64,000 bases of DNA from positions 192,001 through 256,000 of the forward strand of contig CAVTHK010000011.1 in NCBI GenBank assembly GCA_963734495.1, in the 5' to 3' direction. Below the pieces are notes generated by a model that was given only the letters and a program-made list of their open reading frames with translations, did not search any database and was not told the DNA's origin. Source of the stretch: an uncultured Spirochaetota bacterium (GTDB lineage Bacteria; Spirochaetota; Spirochaetia; SZUA-6; CAVTHK01). Positions within the stretch are counted from its first letter, which is position 1. Every line of letters begins with the position of its first letter. The translations under genes were made by a program, and so were the position numbers. Shown in pieces: positions 39,728 to 49,778 of the stretch.

Positions 39728-40676
39728 ATGAGCGACAGCGGCGCCCTTGAACTTACCGGGACCTTTCTGGACGAGATCTCGCACGACATCCCCCATCAGA
39801 ACTGGGGGCCTGTCGAGTGGGAGCACGACTTCGAGGCCATGCGCGCGATCGGGATCGACACCGTCATCCTCATCCGCTGCGGCCACCGGAAGTGGATGAC
39901 GTTCCCGTCGAAGGTGCTGGCCGACCGGGAGGGATGCTTCATGCCGCCCCTCGACCTGGTCGATCTCTTTCTCGACCTGGCGGCCAGGCACGGCATGGCG
40001 TTCTACTTCGGGACCTACGACTCGGGCCGCTACTGGCGCGACGGCGACTTCGAGCGCGAGGTCGAGCTGAACCTCGCCGTGGTCGACGAGGTGTGGGCGC
40101 GGTACGGGTCGCGGGCCGGCGTTCCGCGGGTGGTACCTCTCGCAGGAGGTCAGCCGCAGGACGCGCGGCATCGTCGACCTCTACGCGCGCATGGGCCGCC
40201 GCTGCAAGGAGATCTCCGGGAACCTGCCCACCCTGATCTCGCCGTACATCGACGGGATCAAGCAGGTCTCCTCTTTCGGGAGCGCCATCACGCGCGCCGA
40301 CGGCATCACGCCCGAGCAGCACGAAAAGGAATGGAATGAGATAATCGAAGGCATCCGCGGCGCGGTCGATATCGTGGCCTTTCAGGACGGCCACGTCGAG
40401 TTTGACCAGCTTGCGGGCTACCTCGAGCTGAACAAGCGGCTCGCCGAGCGGCACGGCCTGCGCTGTTGGACCAACGCCGAGACCTTCGACCGCGACATGC
40501 CGATCAAGTTCCTGCCGATCAAGTGGGAGAAGCTGCTGCTCAAGCTGCAGGCCGCCCGCGAGGCCGGGCTGGAGAAGGCGATCACCTTCGAGTTCTCCCA
40601 TTTCCTCAGCCCCCACTCCGCATACCCGCAGGCGGGGCATCTTTACAACCGGTACAAGGAGCACTTCGGTCTGTGA
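39728..40676 (+). CDS. DUF4434 domain protein (GH-like TIM barrel); frameshift at about 40115
   Basis: TGTFLDEISHDIPHQNWG...GIDTVILIRCG, then FRGWYLSQE...AFQDG...WTNAETFDRD...ITFEFSHF. Confidence 0.8.
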
Positions 40677-41413
40677 GCTCTCGATTCGTGCGCGACCTCC
40701 TGGAGCTGGGCGTGCGGCCGGGAGGGATCCTGCTGGTGCATTCCTCGCTCAAGGCGTTAGGACCGCTCGCGGGCGGGCCTGCGGACGTCATCGCCGCGCT
40801 GCGCGAGGCGCTCGGACCGGGCGGGACGCTGCTCCTGCCCGCACTTTCCTACGCGACAGTCACCCGCGAGAATCCCGTGTTCGACCAGCGGCTGACTCCC
40901 TCGTGCGTGGGGATCATCCCCGAGACGTTCCGCCTGATGCCGGGCGTACGGCGGTCGCTGCACCCGACACATTCGGTCTGCGCGATCGGTCCGCTCGCCG
41001 GCGAGCTGCTCGACGCCCACGCCTCGGACAGCACGCCCTGCGGTCCCGCATCGCCGTTCCGAAGGCTGCCCGAGGCGGACGGCCGGATCCTGATGCTCGG
41101 CTGCGGCCTCAAGCCGAACACGTCCATGCACGCGATCGAAGAGCTCGCCGTGCCGCCTTACCTCTTCGGGGCGCGGATCGAGTACATGCTGGTGCGCGAG
41201 GACGGAGCTCGCGTGGTCAAGCGCTACACGCCGCACGATTTCGCAGGCTGGAGGCAGCGCTACGACCGCGTCGAGGCGCTGCTCGGCCCGGCGGGGCTGC
41301 GCACCGGGCGCGTTCTCGAGGCCGAGGCGCACCTGCTCGACGCCGCCGCGCTGCGGGAGGCGGCGCTCGCCGCCCTGCGCCGCGACCCGCTGGCCTTCGT
41401 CGAGCGCCGATAG
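40673..41413 (+). CDS. AAC(3)/YokD-family N-acetyltransferase
   Basis: LLVHSSLKALG, GTLLLPA, GIIPETFR, RSLHPTHS and NTSMHAIE; GTGA overlap with the DUF4434 gene. Confidence 0.88.
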   Translation: MSSRFVRDLLELGVRPGGILLVHSSLKALGPLAGGPADVIAALREALGPGGTLLLPALSYATVTRENPVFDQRLTPSCVGIIPETFRLMPGVRRSLHPTHSVCAIGPLAGELLDAHASDSTPCGPASPFRRLPEADGRILMLGCGLKPNTSMHAIEELAVPPYLFGARIEYMLVREDGARVVKRYTPHDFAGWRQRYDRVEALLGPAGLRTGRVLEAEAHLLDAAALREAALAALRRDPLAFVERR

Positions 41414-41520
41414 CGCCTTGGCGCCGGGCTCGTGCAGCCGCGCCCCCGCGGCCATCGCCTGCCACTGCCTCCAGACGCGGCGCAGGGCTTTCGCCGTCGG
41501 GGCCCGCGGGTAGGCGCGGG

Positions 41521-42288
41521 CTATCGCCGCGCGGGCCGATAGCCCAGCTTACGGAACTCCTCGGCGATGGCCGCCTTGCCCTTGTCGCTCGGATGTCGTC
41601 CGTCGTATGCGAGATAGCCCTGTTCAGCCGGATCTTCGTCGCCGGAAGGGCCGTGGAAAGCGCGGAAGACCCGCGCAGTCGGGATCCCGTACCGTCGACC
41701 CGCCTGCACGATGCAGTCATTGAACGCCAGCACGCCTATCTTTGTGGTGCTCCAGATGTCTTTCCGTTTGTGCTCCTGGACCCAGGGATAGTAGAAATCC
41801 ATGAGCCGGATGACCGCCGTGGGCTGCGCCAGCGAGACGACCTCACGCAGGACCGCATCCAGGTTCTTCCGGAACCCCTTTGCTTCCTCCGCCATCCGGC
41901 GGCTGTCGTTCTGTCCGTCGGCGCCATAGATCAAGATCGCGTTGCTCATGTCACTATGCCCGATGCCGATCGTTATCAATTCGGCTCCCTTGATGTCGTT
42001 CCGAAGGCGCTCGATGTCAGTGACATTCCGCAGGAGCCCGACAACCACCTGATTGGCGACGAAGTAGTAGTGGTACGAGATCCTGACTCCCAGATCGGAC
42101 TCCACGAGCTTCCCGTACTCCTCGTGCCACCACGTGCCGATCGAGCTGCCGAGAACGACGTAGTCCCAGGTCTGGCCCGCGACGTTCGGCAGCGCAGCCC
42201 CGTCCGCAGGCTGCGACGTCGCGCATGCTGACAGGAGCAGCGCCCCCGCGATCAGACCCGACACCAGCACCGCGTTCATACCTCTCAT
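41521..42288 (-). CDS. SGNH/GDSL-like hydrolase lipoprotein
   Basis: Lipobox LLSAC, YVVLGSSIG, ITIGIGHSD and DGRHPSDKG; GGAGG RBS. Confidence 0.8.
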   Translation of the reverse strand: MRGMNAVLVSGLIAGALLLSACATSQPADGAALPNVAGQTWDYVVLGSSIGTWWHEEYGKLVESDLGVRISYHYYFVANQVVVGLLRNVTDIERLRNDIKGAELITIGIGHSDMSNAILIYGADGQNDSRRMAEEAKGFRKNLDAVLREVVSLAQPTAVIRLMDFYYPWVQEHKRKDIWSTTKIGVLAFNDCIVQAGRRYGIPTARVFRAFHGPSGDEDPAEQGYLAYDGRHPSDKGKAAIAEEFRKLGYRPARR

Positions 42289-42485
42289 GCCGCACCTCCT
42301 TCGGCCGGACCGCCGGATGAGACAATCGTCGACCCGGCAAGCCTGCCGCGCCATGGCTAGAACTGACTACGTTTGCGCGGCAGCTCCGCGACGCGCATCG
42401 CCGCCCGCGCGGGCCGGCCTCACTCGCTTCTGGAGCAGCGGCCGGGCGGCATCCCTAAAGGGGTAGCAGACCCGGCGGTGCGCGC

Positions 42486-43613
42486 CTACCGCGAGTAGGG
42501 GTCAGCGGCGTCGCGGAGGCCGTCGCCGAGGAAGTTGAAGGCGAGCACGGCGACGATCACGAAGAGGACCGGAAGCAGGAGCCAGGGGTAGAGGGCGACG
42601 GTCCGCACGTTCTGCGCCTCCTGCAGCAGCACTCCCCAGCTGGTGACCGGCGGCCGCAAACCGACGCCCAGGAAGCTGAGCGCCGTTTCGGCGAGGATCA
42701 TCTGCGGAATTGAGAGCGTGATCGACACGATGATGTGGCTCAGGAACGACGGGAGGAGGTGCTTCACGATCACGGTCATCTCGCTCGCGCCCGAGATCAG
42801 GGCCGCCAGCGCGAACTCCTCCTCCCGGAGCGACAGCAGCTTCCCCCGGACCACCCGGGCGAGCCCGGTCCATCCGACGAACGAGAGGATGATCGTGATC
42901 CCGAAGTAGACCTTGAGCGGCGACCAGTGGGGAGGGAGAGCGGCGCTGAGCGCCATCCACAGCGGGATCGACGGGAACGACCTGAGGAGCTCGATGAGCC
43001 GCTGGATCACCACATCGGCGGCGCCGCCGTAGTATCCCGAGACGCCGCCGAGGATCAGCCCCATCAGGAGGCTGAGCAGGACCCCGATCAGGCCTATCGA
43101 CAGGGAGACTCTGGCGCCGTAAAGCACCCGGGAGAGCACATCGCGGCCCATCCGATCCGTTCCGAGCACGAAGAGCGTGCCTTCGCCTTCGACGCCGAAG
43201 AGGTGGACATCCCCTCCCCAGAGTCCCCAGAGCTTGTACTTTTCGCCGCGAGCAAGGAGCCGTACCCGAAACTGCCGGCTCGGGTCCTCGCGGAAGGTCT
43301 TGCGGAGCGTCTCCCTGTCGATCGCGGATTTCATGTCGTACACGAAGGGGCGCAGGTGAAATCCGCGGGAGTCGAAGAAGTGGATCCTCTGCGGAGGCGC
43401 GAACACGTACTTGATGTGCCTCGCCTCGGGATCGTACGGAGACACGAACTCGCAGAACACGCCGAGGAGGTACAGAAGCACGATGAGGAGGCCGCTCGCG
43501 ACGGCCGGCTTGTGCCTCGTGAACTTCCACCACATCAGCCTCCACTGGGAGGCGACGTAGTAGTCCTCATGAGCGTCGGGGCGCTGTTTGGCGGCCGCCG
43601 CGTGCTGCGCCAT
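42486..43613 (-). CDS. Opp/Dpp-family ABC permease (OppC-like)
   Basis: LGTDRMGRDVLSR, EEFALAALISGAS and GDGLRDAADP. Confidence 0.93.
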   Translation of the reverse strand: MAQHAAAAKQRPDAHEDYYVASQWRLMWWKFTRHKPAVASGLLIVLLYLLGVFCEFVSPYDPEARHIKYVFAPPQRIHFFDSRGFHLRPFVYDMKSAIDRETLRKTFREDPSRQFRVRLLARGEKYKLWGLWGGDVHLFGVEGEGTLFVLGTDRMGRDVLSRVLYGARVSLSIGLIGVLLSLLMGLILGGVSGYYGGAADVVIQRLIELLRSFPSIPLWMALSAALPPHWSPLKVYFGITIILSFVGWTGLARVVRGKLLSLREEEFALAALISGASEMTVIVKHLLPSFLSHIIVSITLSIPQMILAETALSFLGVGLRPPVTSWGVLLQEAQNVRTVALYPWLLLPVLFVIVAVLAFNFLGDGLRDAADPYSR

Positions 43614-43617
43614 CTCT

Positions 43618-44613
43618 TCATGCCCCTCTGCTTCCGAACCTGATCCGCGGGTCGGCCCATGCGAGCAGGATGTCCGACACGAGGGTGCCGAGCACCGTCA
43701 TGGCCGCGAGCATCATCACGAACGTTCCGGCCAGGTACATGTCCTGGCTCATCAGCGCGCGAAGGAGCAGGGGCCCGGTCGTCGGAAGGCTCAGCACCAC
43801 TTCAACGATCGTGGAGCCCGATATGAGCGCCGGCAGCAGCCAGGCGATGCTGCTGATCAGAGGGTTGATCGCGATGCGAACCGGGTACTTGAAGAGGAGC
43901 GTTCGTTCGTCCAGGCCCTTGGCCCTTGCGGTTACCACGTACTGTTTCCGCAGCTCGTCGAGGAGGTTCCCGCGCATGATGCGGATGAGGGACGCGGTCC
44001 CCGATGCGCCGACCACCGCGACGGGGATCCAGAGGTGCTTGAGCAGATCGAATACGCGCGCAAGCGTCCACGGAGCGTCGACGTATTCCGCCGAGAAGAG
44101 CCCGCCGACGCTCACGCCAAACGCGCTGTAGGCGACAAACATCAGGACCAGCGCGAGCAGGAGGCTCGGCGTGGCCAGGCCGATGAAACCGAGCAGCGCA
44201 AGGACATGGTCCGCGAGCGTGTACTGGTGGGTGGCCGAGTAGACGCCGATCGGGATCGAGACGACCCAGGTAAAGAGCAGCGTGAACAGCGAGATCACGA
44301 CAGTCAGCAGCAGCCGCTCGCCGATCAGCTCCGCCACCGGCTTATTCCACTCGAAGGACTGGCCGAAGTCGCCGCGGAAGAATCCCGTGATCCACTTGAA
44401 GTATTGCGTGTACAGCGGCGCTTCGAGCCCGTAGCGCGCCTTGAGGCTGGCGATCTGGTCCTCGCTGACGCTCTCGCCGCTCTGGGAGAGCTGCGCGATG
44501 TACGTGGTGAGATAGTCGCCGGGCGGAAGCTGCATGATGACGAATGACACGACCGAGATGAGAAAGAGCGTCGGAAGCATGAGGACAATCCGTCGAGCCA
44601 CAAACGAGAGCAT
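43618..44613 (-). CDS. Opp/Dpp-family ABC permease (OppB-like)
   Basis: LPPGD, GDFGQSF, YVVTARAKGL and DPRIR. Confidence 0.93.
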   Translation of the reverse strand: MLSFVARRIVLMLPTLFLISVVSFVIMQLPPGDYLTTYIAQLSQSGESVSEDQIASLKARYGLEAPLYTQYFKWITGFFRGDFGQSFEWNKPVAELIGERLLLTVVISLFTLLFTWVVSIPIGVYSATHQYTLADHVLALLGFIGLATPSLLLALVLMFVAYSAFGVSVGGLFSAEYVDAPWTLARVFDLLKHLWIPVAVVGASGTASLIRIMRGNLLDELRKQYVVTARAKGLDERTLLFKYPVRIAINPLISSIAWLLPALISGSTIVEVVLSLPTTGPLLLRALMSQDMYLAGTFVMMLAAMTVLGTLVSDILLAWADPRIRFGSRGA

Positions 44614-44669
44614 GATCCTGCTCCCCGCGCCGAGCGGTCATCGCGGCTAAGCCAACGCGCGACTTCGGA

Positions 44670-44698
44670 ATGTTATGCTGCGCCCTCTCTGCTGTCAA
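44670..44698 (-). promoter_or_regulatory. sigma70 promoter for the Opp permeases
   Basis: Minus strand: TTGACA, 17 bp, TAACAT. Confidence 0.65.
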
Positions 44699-44807
44699 AC
44701 CGACGGCGATACCTGAGGATTATGATGAGCTTTGCAGGGCCTGTGATGCCGGGCAGGCGCGAGTAGTTCCCGAGCGGGAGACGTGAGGCGCGCCCGGCTG
44801 CGCATCG

Positions 44808-44837
44808 TTGACGGCGCGCTGGAGCGTCCCGTAGAAT
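44808..44837 (+). promoter_or_regulatory. sigma70 promoter for the SBP / QueG-like operon
   Basis: TTGACG, 18 bp, TAGAAT. Confidence 0.55.
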
Positions 44838-45092
44838 GTGCACGCCGAGACGGGTCCCGCACGGCGGCCGCAACGCGACGGGTTCGTGCATCTTCGTGCG
44901 TCGGTGCACACGCCACGAACACGCGCATTCCGGAAGCCGAAGCGGGTGACTCGCGCAGCTCTTTGGCACCAGGAGTGAGGAGGCGCAGCCGGAATCAACA
45001 TGCCCGTCGGGGGAGGGAGGGGCCGGTTCCGTCATCTGCAACGTGTGGAGCTGGAGAGAAACCTGGCTCTGCAGAACAAGGAGATGGCTCAC

Positions 45093-47042
45093 ATGGCTCA
45101 AAGGACGTGGTTCGTAGCGGTCTTTGTGGTAGCTGTGTCTTGCCTGTGCTTCGCCGGCCCGCAGAAGGAGCAGCCTGCGGCCGGAGCGAAACCTGCCGCA
45201 ACCCCAACGGAAAAGCTCGCCGAATCCCCTGCGCTCGCCGATCTGGTCAAGTCCAAGGCGATCCCCGCCGTCGCGCAGAGGCTCCCCGAGAATCCGCTTG
45301 TGGTCCAGCCGGTCGAAGCGGTCGGGCGCTACGGCGGCAACATGCGCATGGGGCTCCTCGGGCCCGCCGACAGGGCGACGCAGTTCTGGACGTTCCTGTA
45401 CGAGCCGCTCGTGCGCTGGAACCGTGCGGGAGGCGAGGTCGTCGAGAACATCGCGGAGAAATGGACCGTCTCGGATGACGGCCGCAAGTACACCTTCAAC
45501 CTTAGGAAAGGGATCAAGTGGTCGGACGGAGACCCGATGACGTCGGGCGACCTCATGTTCTGGTACCAGAAGATCCTGCTCAACAAGGAACTCACGCCCG
45601 TGGTCCCCGGCTGGCTCGCGAGCGGGAAGGAGCCCGTCAAAGTCACCGCGCCCGACCCGAATACCGTCGTGTTCGAGTTCGCGCAGCCGAACGTGCTGTT
45701 CCTCGAGAACATCGCCTTCAACGGAAGCGCGCCTGGCGCCAACATCGTGCGGCCCGAGCACTACCTCAAACAGTTCCACCCCGACTACGTGCCGCTCGAG
45801 ACCCTCAAGGCCAAGGCGAAGGAGCGCGGGTTCGACCAGTGGTACAAGCTCTTCCTCGACCGCGCCGACTTCCTGCAGAACGGCGACTATCCCGTGCTCA
45901 CGGCCTGGAAGGTCATGGGCCCGCTCACGGAGAACCAGCAGAAGCTCAAGCGCAATGCCTTCTACTGGAAGGTCGATCCGGCGGGCAAGCAGCTTCCCTA
46001 CATCGACGACATCACCGTGCAGGTCGTGGAGAACCCTGAAGTATTGATGATGAAGGTGATCTCCGGCGATCTCGACTTCGACTTCGGGCACCTCACGCTC
46101 CCCAACTACCCGATGCTCAAGGAGAACCAGCAGAAGGGCGGCTACCGCGTGCTCCTCTGGAAGAAGGTGATGGGGACGCAGCTCGAGTTCATGCCGAACC
46201 TCAACCACCAGGATGCGGCCAAGCGCGAGATCTTCAGCAACAAGAAGTTCCGCGAGGCGCTCTCGCTCGCGATCAACAAGGACGAGATCAACGAGCTCTG
46301 CTTCATGGGGCTCGCGGAGACCCGCAACGCGACGGTCGCGAACGCGTGCCCGTACTTCACGCCCGGCATCGACAAGCTCTTCACCGAGTACAACGTCGAC
46401 AAGGCCAACAGGATGCTCGACGAGATCGGGCTCAACAAGCGGGACAGGGACGGCTTCCGACTCCGGCCGGACGGGCAGCCGCTGATGCTCACGATCGAGT
46501 ACCCGCCGCACACCGAGTTCGGCCCGTGGCAGGACATCGTGCACCTCGTGGGCGGCTACTGGAACAAGGTCGGAGTCCGCACGGCGGACAAGTCCATCGA
46601 CCGCTCGCTGTACGAGATCCGCACGCAGACGACGGAGATCGACTTCGTGCTCTGGACCTGGGGCCGCGGCATGCACCCGCTGATCGATCCCGCGTTCGTG
46701 TTCCCGATGAGGGCGGGCCACTTTACCGGCGCGCCCACGTACGCGATGTGGTACTCGACGCGGGGCAAGAGCGGCGAGAAGCCTTCGGGCGACATCCTCA
46801 AGGCGATGGACCTCTACGACAAGTTCACCGTGACGGTGAACCCCCAGGAGAGGCTCGCAGTCGGCAAGGAGATCATCAAGATCGCGGCGGAGAGCTGCTG
46901 GGGCATCCCTACGGTCGGGCTGGCGCCCGCGGTCGAAGTGGTCAAGGAGACCATGGGCAACGTGCCCAAGGAGAGCCTGCACGAGTGGGTTCTCATGCAG
47001 TTCGCTCACGTGAACCCGGAGCAGTTCTACTTCAAGAAATAG
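45093..47042 (+). CDS. ABC substrate-binding protein, family 5 (OppA-like, long oligosaccharide-type subgroup)
   Basis: Signal peptide, QRLPENPLVV..VGRYGG, LRKGIKWSDG, RNAFYWKVD..GKQLPYID and PEQFYF; AAGGAG RBS. Confidence 0.93.
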   Translation: MAQRTWFVAVFVVAVSCLCFAGPQKEQPAAGAKPAATPTEKLAESPALADLVKSKAIPAVAQRLPENPLVVQPVEAVGRYGGNMRMGLLGPADRATQFWTFLYEPLVRWNRAGGEVVENIAEKWTVSDDGRKYTFNLRKGIKWSDGDPMTSGDLMFWYQKILLNKELTPVVPGWLASGKEPVKVTAPDPNTVVFEFAQPNVLFLENIAFNGSAPGANIVRPEHYLKQFHPDYVPLETLKAKAKERGFDQWYKLFLDRADFLQNGDYPVLTAWKVMGPLTENQQKLKRNAFYWKVDPAGKQLPYIDDITVQVVENPEVLMMKVISGDLDFDFGHLTLPNYPMLKENQQKGGYRVLLWKKVMGTQLEFMPNLNHQDAAKREIFSNKKFREALSLAINKDEINELCFMGLAETRNATVANACPYFTPGIDKLFTEYNVDKANRMLDEIGLNKRDRDGFRLRPDGQPLMLTIEYPPHTEFGPWQDIVHLVGGYWNKVGVRTADKSIDRSLYEIRTQTTEIDFVLWTWGRGMHPLIDPAFVFPMRAGHFTGAPTYAMWYSTRGKSGEKPSGDILKAMDLYDKFTVTVNPQERLAVGKEIIKIAAESCWGIPTVGLAPAVEVVKETMGNVPKESLHEWVLMQFAHVNPEQFYFKK

Positions 47043-47054
47043 GGGATGCGGCAG

Positions 47055-47082
47055 CGAGGGGAGGGATCTGTCCCTCCCCTCG
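47055..47082 (+). terminator. Perfect 12-bp hairpin without U-tract after the SBP gene (mRNA stabiliser or partial terminator)
   Basis: CGAGGGGAGGGA-tctg-TCCCTCCCCTCG. Confidence 0.65.
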
Positions 47083-47121
47083 GCCGCCGCAAGCGCGATC
47101 GCACCGAAAAGGAGGCTGCTG

Positions 47122-47898
47122 ATGACGCGTGCTGCGCTCGAGGGGTTCGTGCACGATCTCGGGCTCGATCTCGTGGGCGTTGCGCCGATCGAGCGCTTTG
47201 CGGGCGTTGCGCCGGAGAGGCATCCCGCAACGATCTTTCCCGAAGCGAAGACCGTCGTTGTGATCGGGCTGGAGATCCCTCGCGGGACCTTCAGAGGAAT
47301 AGAAGAAGGAACCCTCTGGACTCGGGCGCCGCGGCAGCTCCCGCCCAAACAGACCTATCAGGTCGCGCGTTTCCTCGAGCAGGACGGGTGGGAGGCGGTG
47401 CCCGTTTCACCGCTCGCTCCCGAGCGGTGGCCCGACGGCGTCCCGGTGGCGGAGGGCAAGGTTCCGCCTAACGTGTCGCCGTCGCTCGAGAACGCGGCGG
47501 TTTCCGCCGGCCTCGGCGAGATCGGGCTGTGCGGGGTGTTCCTCACGCCGCAATTCGGGCCGCGCCAGTCGCTGGCGATGCTGATCACCGACGCCCCGCT
47601 CGAGCCGGGCCCCGCGCACGCGGGGACCATCTGCGACGGGGCGAGCTGCGCCGCGTGCGCGGCGGCTTGCCCACTCGGGGCCATCGACGTCAAGACTGCG
47701 ACGGTGAGCAGGAGAGCCTGCCGCCTCTGTCCCAACGGCGTGTTCGCCGACGAGACCTCGAAGCAGGCGGTGCCGAACTTCCTCACGGCCGCCTGCGTGC
47801 GCGCGTGCATCGCGCACCTCGAGGAAGCGGGCAAGCTCACCAAGCGCTACAACAGCCCGTTCCGCAAGCGCAAGCCGTGGGCCCAGGGCCTGGTCTAG
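47122..47898 (+). CDS. QueG/reductive-dehalogenase-like cobalamin 4Fe-4S protein, paralog 1
   Basis: GLDLVGVAPIERF, HP..IFPEAKTVVVIG, AAVSAGLGEIG...LTPQFGPRQ...ITDAPLEP and CxxxxCxxCxxxCP; AAGGAGG RBS. Confidence 0.8.
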   Translation: MTRAALEGFVHDLGLDLVGVAPIERFAGVAPERHPATIFPEAKTVVVIGLEIPRGTFRGIEEGTLWTRAPRQLPPKQTYQVARFLEQDGWEAVPVSPLAPERWPDGVPVAEGKVPPNVSPSLENAAVSAGLGEIGLCGVFLTPQFGPRQSLAMLITDAPLEPGPAHAGTICDGASCAACAAACPLGAIDVKTATVSRRACRLCPNGVFADETSKQAVPNFLTAACVRACIAHLEEAGKLTKRYNSPFRKRKPWAQGLV

Positions 47899-47908
47899 AG
47901 GAGGCCGC

Positions 47909-48886
47909 ATGCTCACCAGCAAGATGGTCAAGGAGTTGGCGGTCAAGGCGGGCTTCGACCTGGCAGGCGTTGCGAACATCGAGCGCTTCGACGATGCTCC
48001 CCCGGAGATGCACCCCTGCACGATCTTCCCCGAGACGAAGAGCGTCGTGGTCATGGCCACGCGCATACTTCGCGGCTCCTACCGCGGCGTGGCGGAGGGG
48101 ACGGAGTGGTCCACGTACTGGATCTTCGGCTACGGCGCGGGGATCTACGGCATCCTCAACGAGGCGACGCGCCAGGTGCAGAGCTACATCGAGTCTTTCG
48201 GGTGGGAGGCGGTCCAGGCGCCGGGCAGCGCCACGCTTCCCGAGATGGGCCCGCTGCGGGAGCCCGTCGCTCCCGGTAAGCTCGCGAGCGACGTCACCGT
48301 TTCGTTCCGCCTCGCTGCCGCTGCCGCCGGCCTGGGCGAGCTCGGGCATGCGAAGGTCTTTCTCACGCCGCAGTTCGGCCCGAGGCAGCGGTTCGCCGTG
48401 GTCCTCACCGACGCGAAGCTCGAGCCGGATCCCCTCTTCGAAGGCACGCTGTGCGACGACTGCCGCAAGTGCGTCTCCGCGTGCCCCGGCGGCGCGATCG
48501 GCAAGAGCCGGACGGTTTCGACCGAGATCGACGGCCGCAAGTTCAAGTGGGCGCCTCTCGACTACGGCAAGTGCAAGCTCACCCACTGGGGGTTCAACAA
48601 GGCGGCTTCGCCCTTTGTCGCCAGGGACCTGCCGGGGCTCGTCCTGCCGATCGGCAGCCAGCGCATGAAGTGGAGAGAGGCGTACGATTTCGGGTGGACG
48701 CTCGCGAACCGGGTCGGATACATCCAGGTCGTCTCCAGGGGCATCACGGAGATCGAGCAGCCTGGCCGCCCCGGATCGATCTGCGCGGCCCGAGGCTGCA
48801 TCCAGGCGTGCGACGCCTGCCTCTCGGCTTCGGGCGTCATCCCGGGGAAACGAAGCGCGACGAGGGCATCGAGGAGGGCGAATTAA
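47909..48886 (+). CDS. QueG/reductive-dehalogenase-like cobalamin 4Fe-4S protein, paralog 2
   Basis: AAAAAGLGELG...LTPQFGPRQRF...TDAKLEPD, CDDCRKCVSACP, and a second cluster KC...CAARGCIQAC. Confidence 0.82.
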   Translation: MLTSKMVKELAVKAGFDLAGVANIERFDDAPPEMHPCTIFPETKSVVVMATRILRGSYRGVAEGTEWSTYWIFGYGAGIYGILNEATRQVQSYIESFGWEAVQAPGSATLPEMGPLREPVAPGKLASDVTVSFRLAAAAAGLGELGHAKVFLTPQFGPRQRFAVVLTDAKLEPDPLFEGTLCDDCRKCVSACPGGAIGKSRTVSTEIDGRKFKWAPLDYGKCKLTHWGFNKAASPFVARDLPGLVLPIGSQRMKWREAYDFGWTLANRVGYIQVVSRGITEIEQPGRPGSICAARGCIQACDACLSASGVIPGKRSATRASRRAN

Positions 48887-48887
48887 G

Positions 48888-49778
48888 ATGAAGGGCGGCA
48901 GTCTCGCCGACGACGTCAAGAAGCTGGCCCGCGAGCTGGGCGCGGACCTCGTGGGGGTCGCGTCCGTGGATCGCTTCCAAGGGGCCCCGGACGAATACCA
49001 CCCCGACAGCCTGCTCCCGGGAACCATGAGCGTCATCAGCATTGCGATCCGCATCCTCCGGGGCGTGCAGATCCCGCAGCAGAGCCTGAAGCAGAACTAC
49101 CAGTACCAGATCTTCGGCTACGGGTGGCTGAGCCACATCCGGCTCAACTGGATCGCCTTCGAGGTCGCGCGCTTTCTGGAGGACCAGGGCCACGTGGCCC
49201 TGCCGTTCCCCTCGTTCTGCGACGACCAGTACGGCGACAAACATCCGTCATGGTTCCGGCGCACGAAGCCTTCGATCTCCAATCGGCACGCCGCGGTCGC
49301 CGCGGGTATCGCTCGGCTGGGATGGAGCAATCTCGCGATGACGCGGCAGTTCGGCACGCGGCAGCGGTTCGTGACGATCATGACGACCGCGGAGATCGGC
49401 CCCGATCCGCTCATCGAAGAGGATCTCTGCGACAAGTGCATGATCTGTGTGAAGGCGTGCCCCGGCAAGGCCATCTCGGGTTCCGAGGCGGTCAAGTACA
49501 GCCTGGCGGGCCTCGCGGTCGAGACGGGCGCGCTGAACAGGCCGAAGTGCTCTTGGTTCCACGATGGAATCGCGACGGAGACGTTCGGCACCGTGCCGCT
49601 CGCCCAGCCGCCTGACGTGACGTGGGAGCAGTTCCGGGAGGCGAGGCGGATCGTGGACTACGCGTCGCCGAGCCAGTTCGCGGGCAGAATCACCACGTTC
49701 ACGACCGGCGGCCATTGCGGCTTGTGCATCCTGTCGTGTCCCAAGGGCACGCAGTGGCGGCCGGGGAGGGCCCCATGA
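48888..49778 (+). CDS. QueG/reductive-dehalogenase-like cobalamin 4Fe-4S protein, paralog 3
   Basis: SNRHAAVAAGIARLG...TRQFGTRQRF, CDKCMICVKACP and KC...CGLCILSCP. Confidence 0.82.
   Translation: MKGGSLADDVKKLARELGADLVGVASVDRFQGAPDEYHPDSLLPGTMSVISIAIRILRGVQIPQQSLKQNYQYQIFGYGWLSHIRLNWIAFEVARFLEDQGHVALPFPSFCDDQYGDKHPSWFRRTKPSISNRHAAVAAGIARLGWSNLAMTRQFGTRQRFVTIMTTAEIGPDPLIEEDLCDKCMICVKACPGKAISGSEAVKYSLAGLAVETGALNRPKCSWFHDGIATETFGTVPLAQPPDVTWEQFREARRIVDYASPSQFAGRITTFTTGGHCGLCILSCPKGTQWRPGRAP

Noticed and set aside
40673-41413. Aminoglycoside resistance gene
   Set aside because: Only family-level motifs are present, the operon context is catabolic, and there is no mobile element.
44963-44978. 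Second sigma54 promoter (TTGGCACCAGGAGTGA)
   Set aside because: The -24 element is present but the -12 TTGC is missing.
44840-45090. Cobalamin riboswitch ahead of the B12-enzyme operon
   Set aside because: I could not identify the conserved GGGAA and GCCACTG elements by eye; an Rfam scan is needed to settle it.
44673-47348. Long antisense and alternate-frame ORFs (e.g. 891 aa here, 733 aa at 59741-61942, 723 aa at 34173-36344)
   Set aside because: These are shadow ORFs of high-GC coding sequence. They are Arg/Ala/Gly-rich, have no motifs, and overlap well-supported genes.
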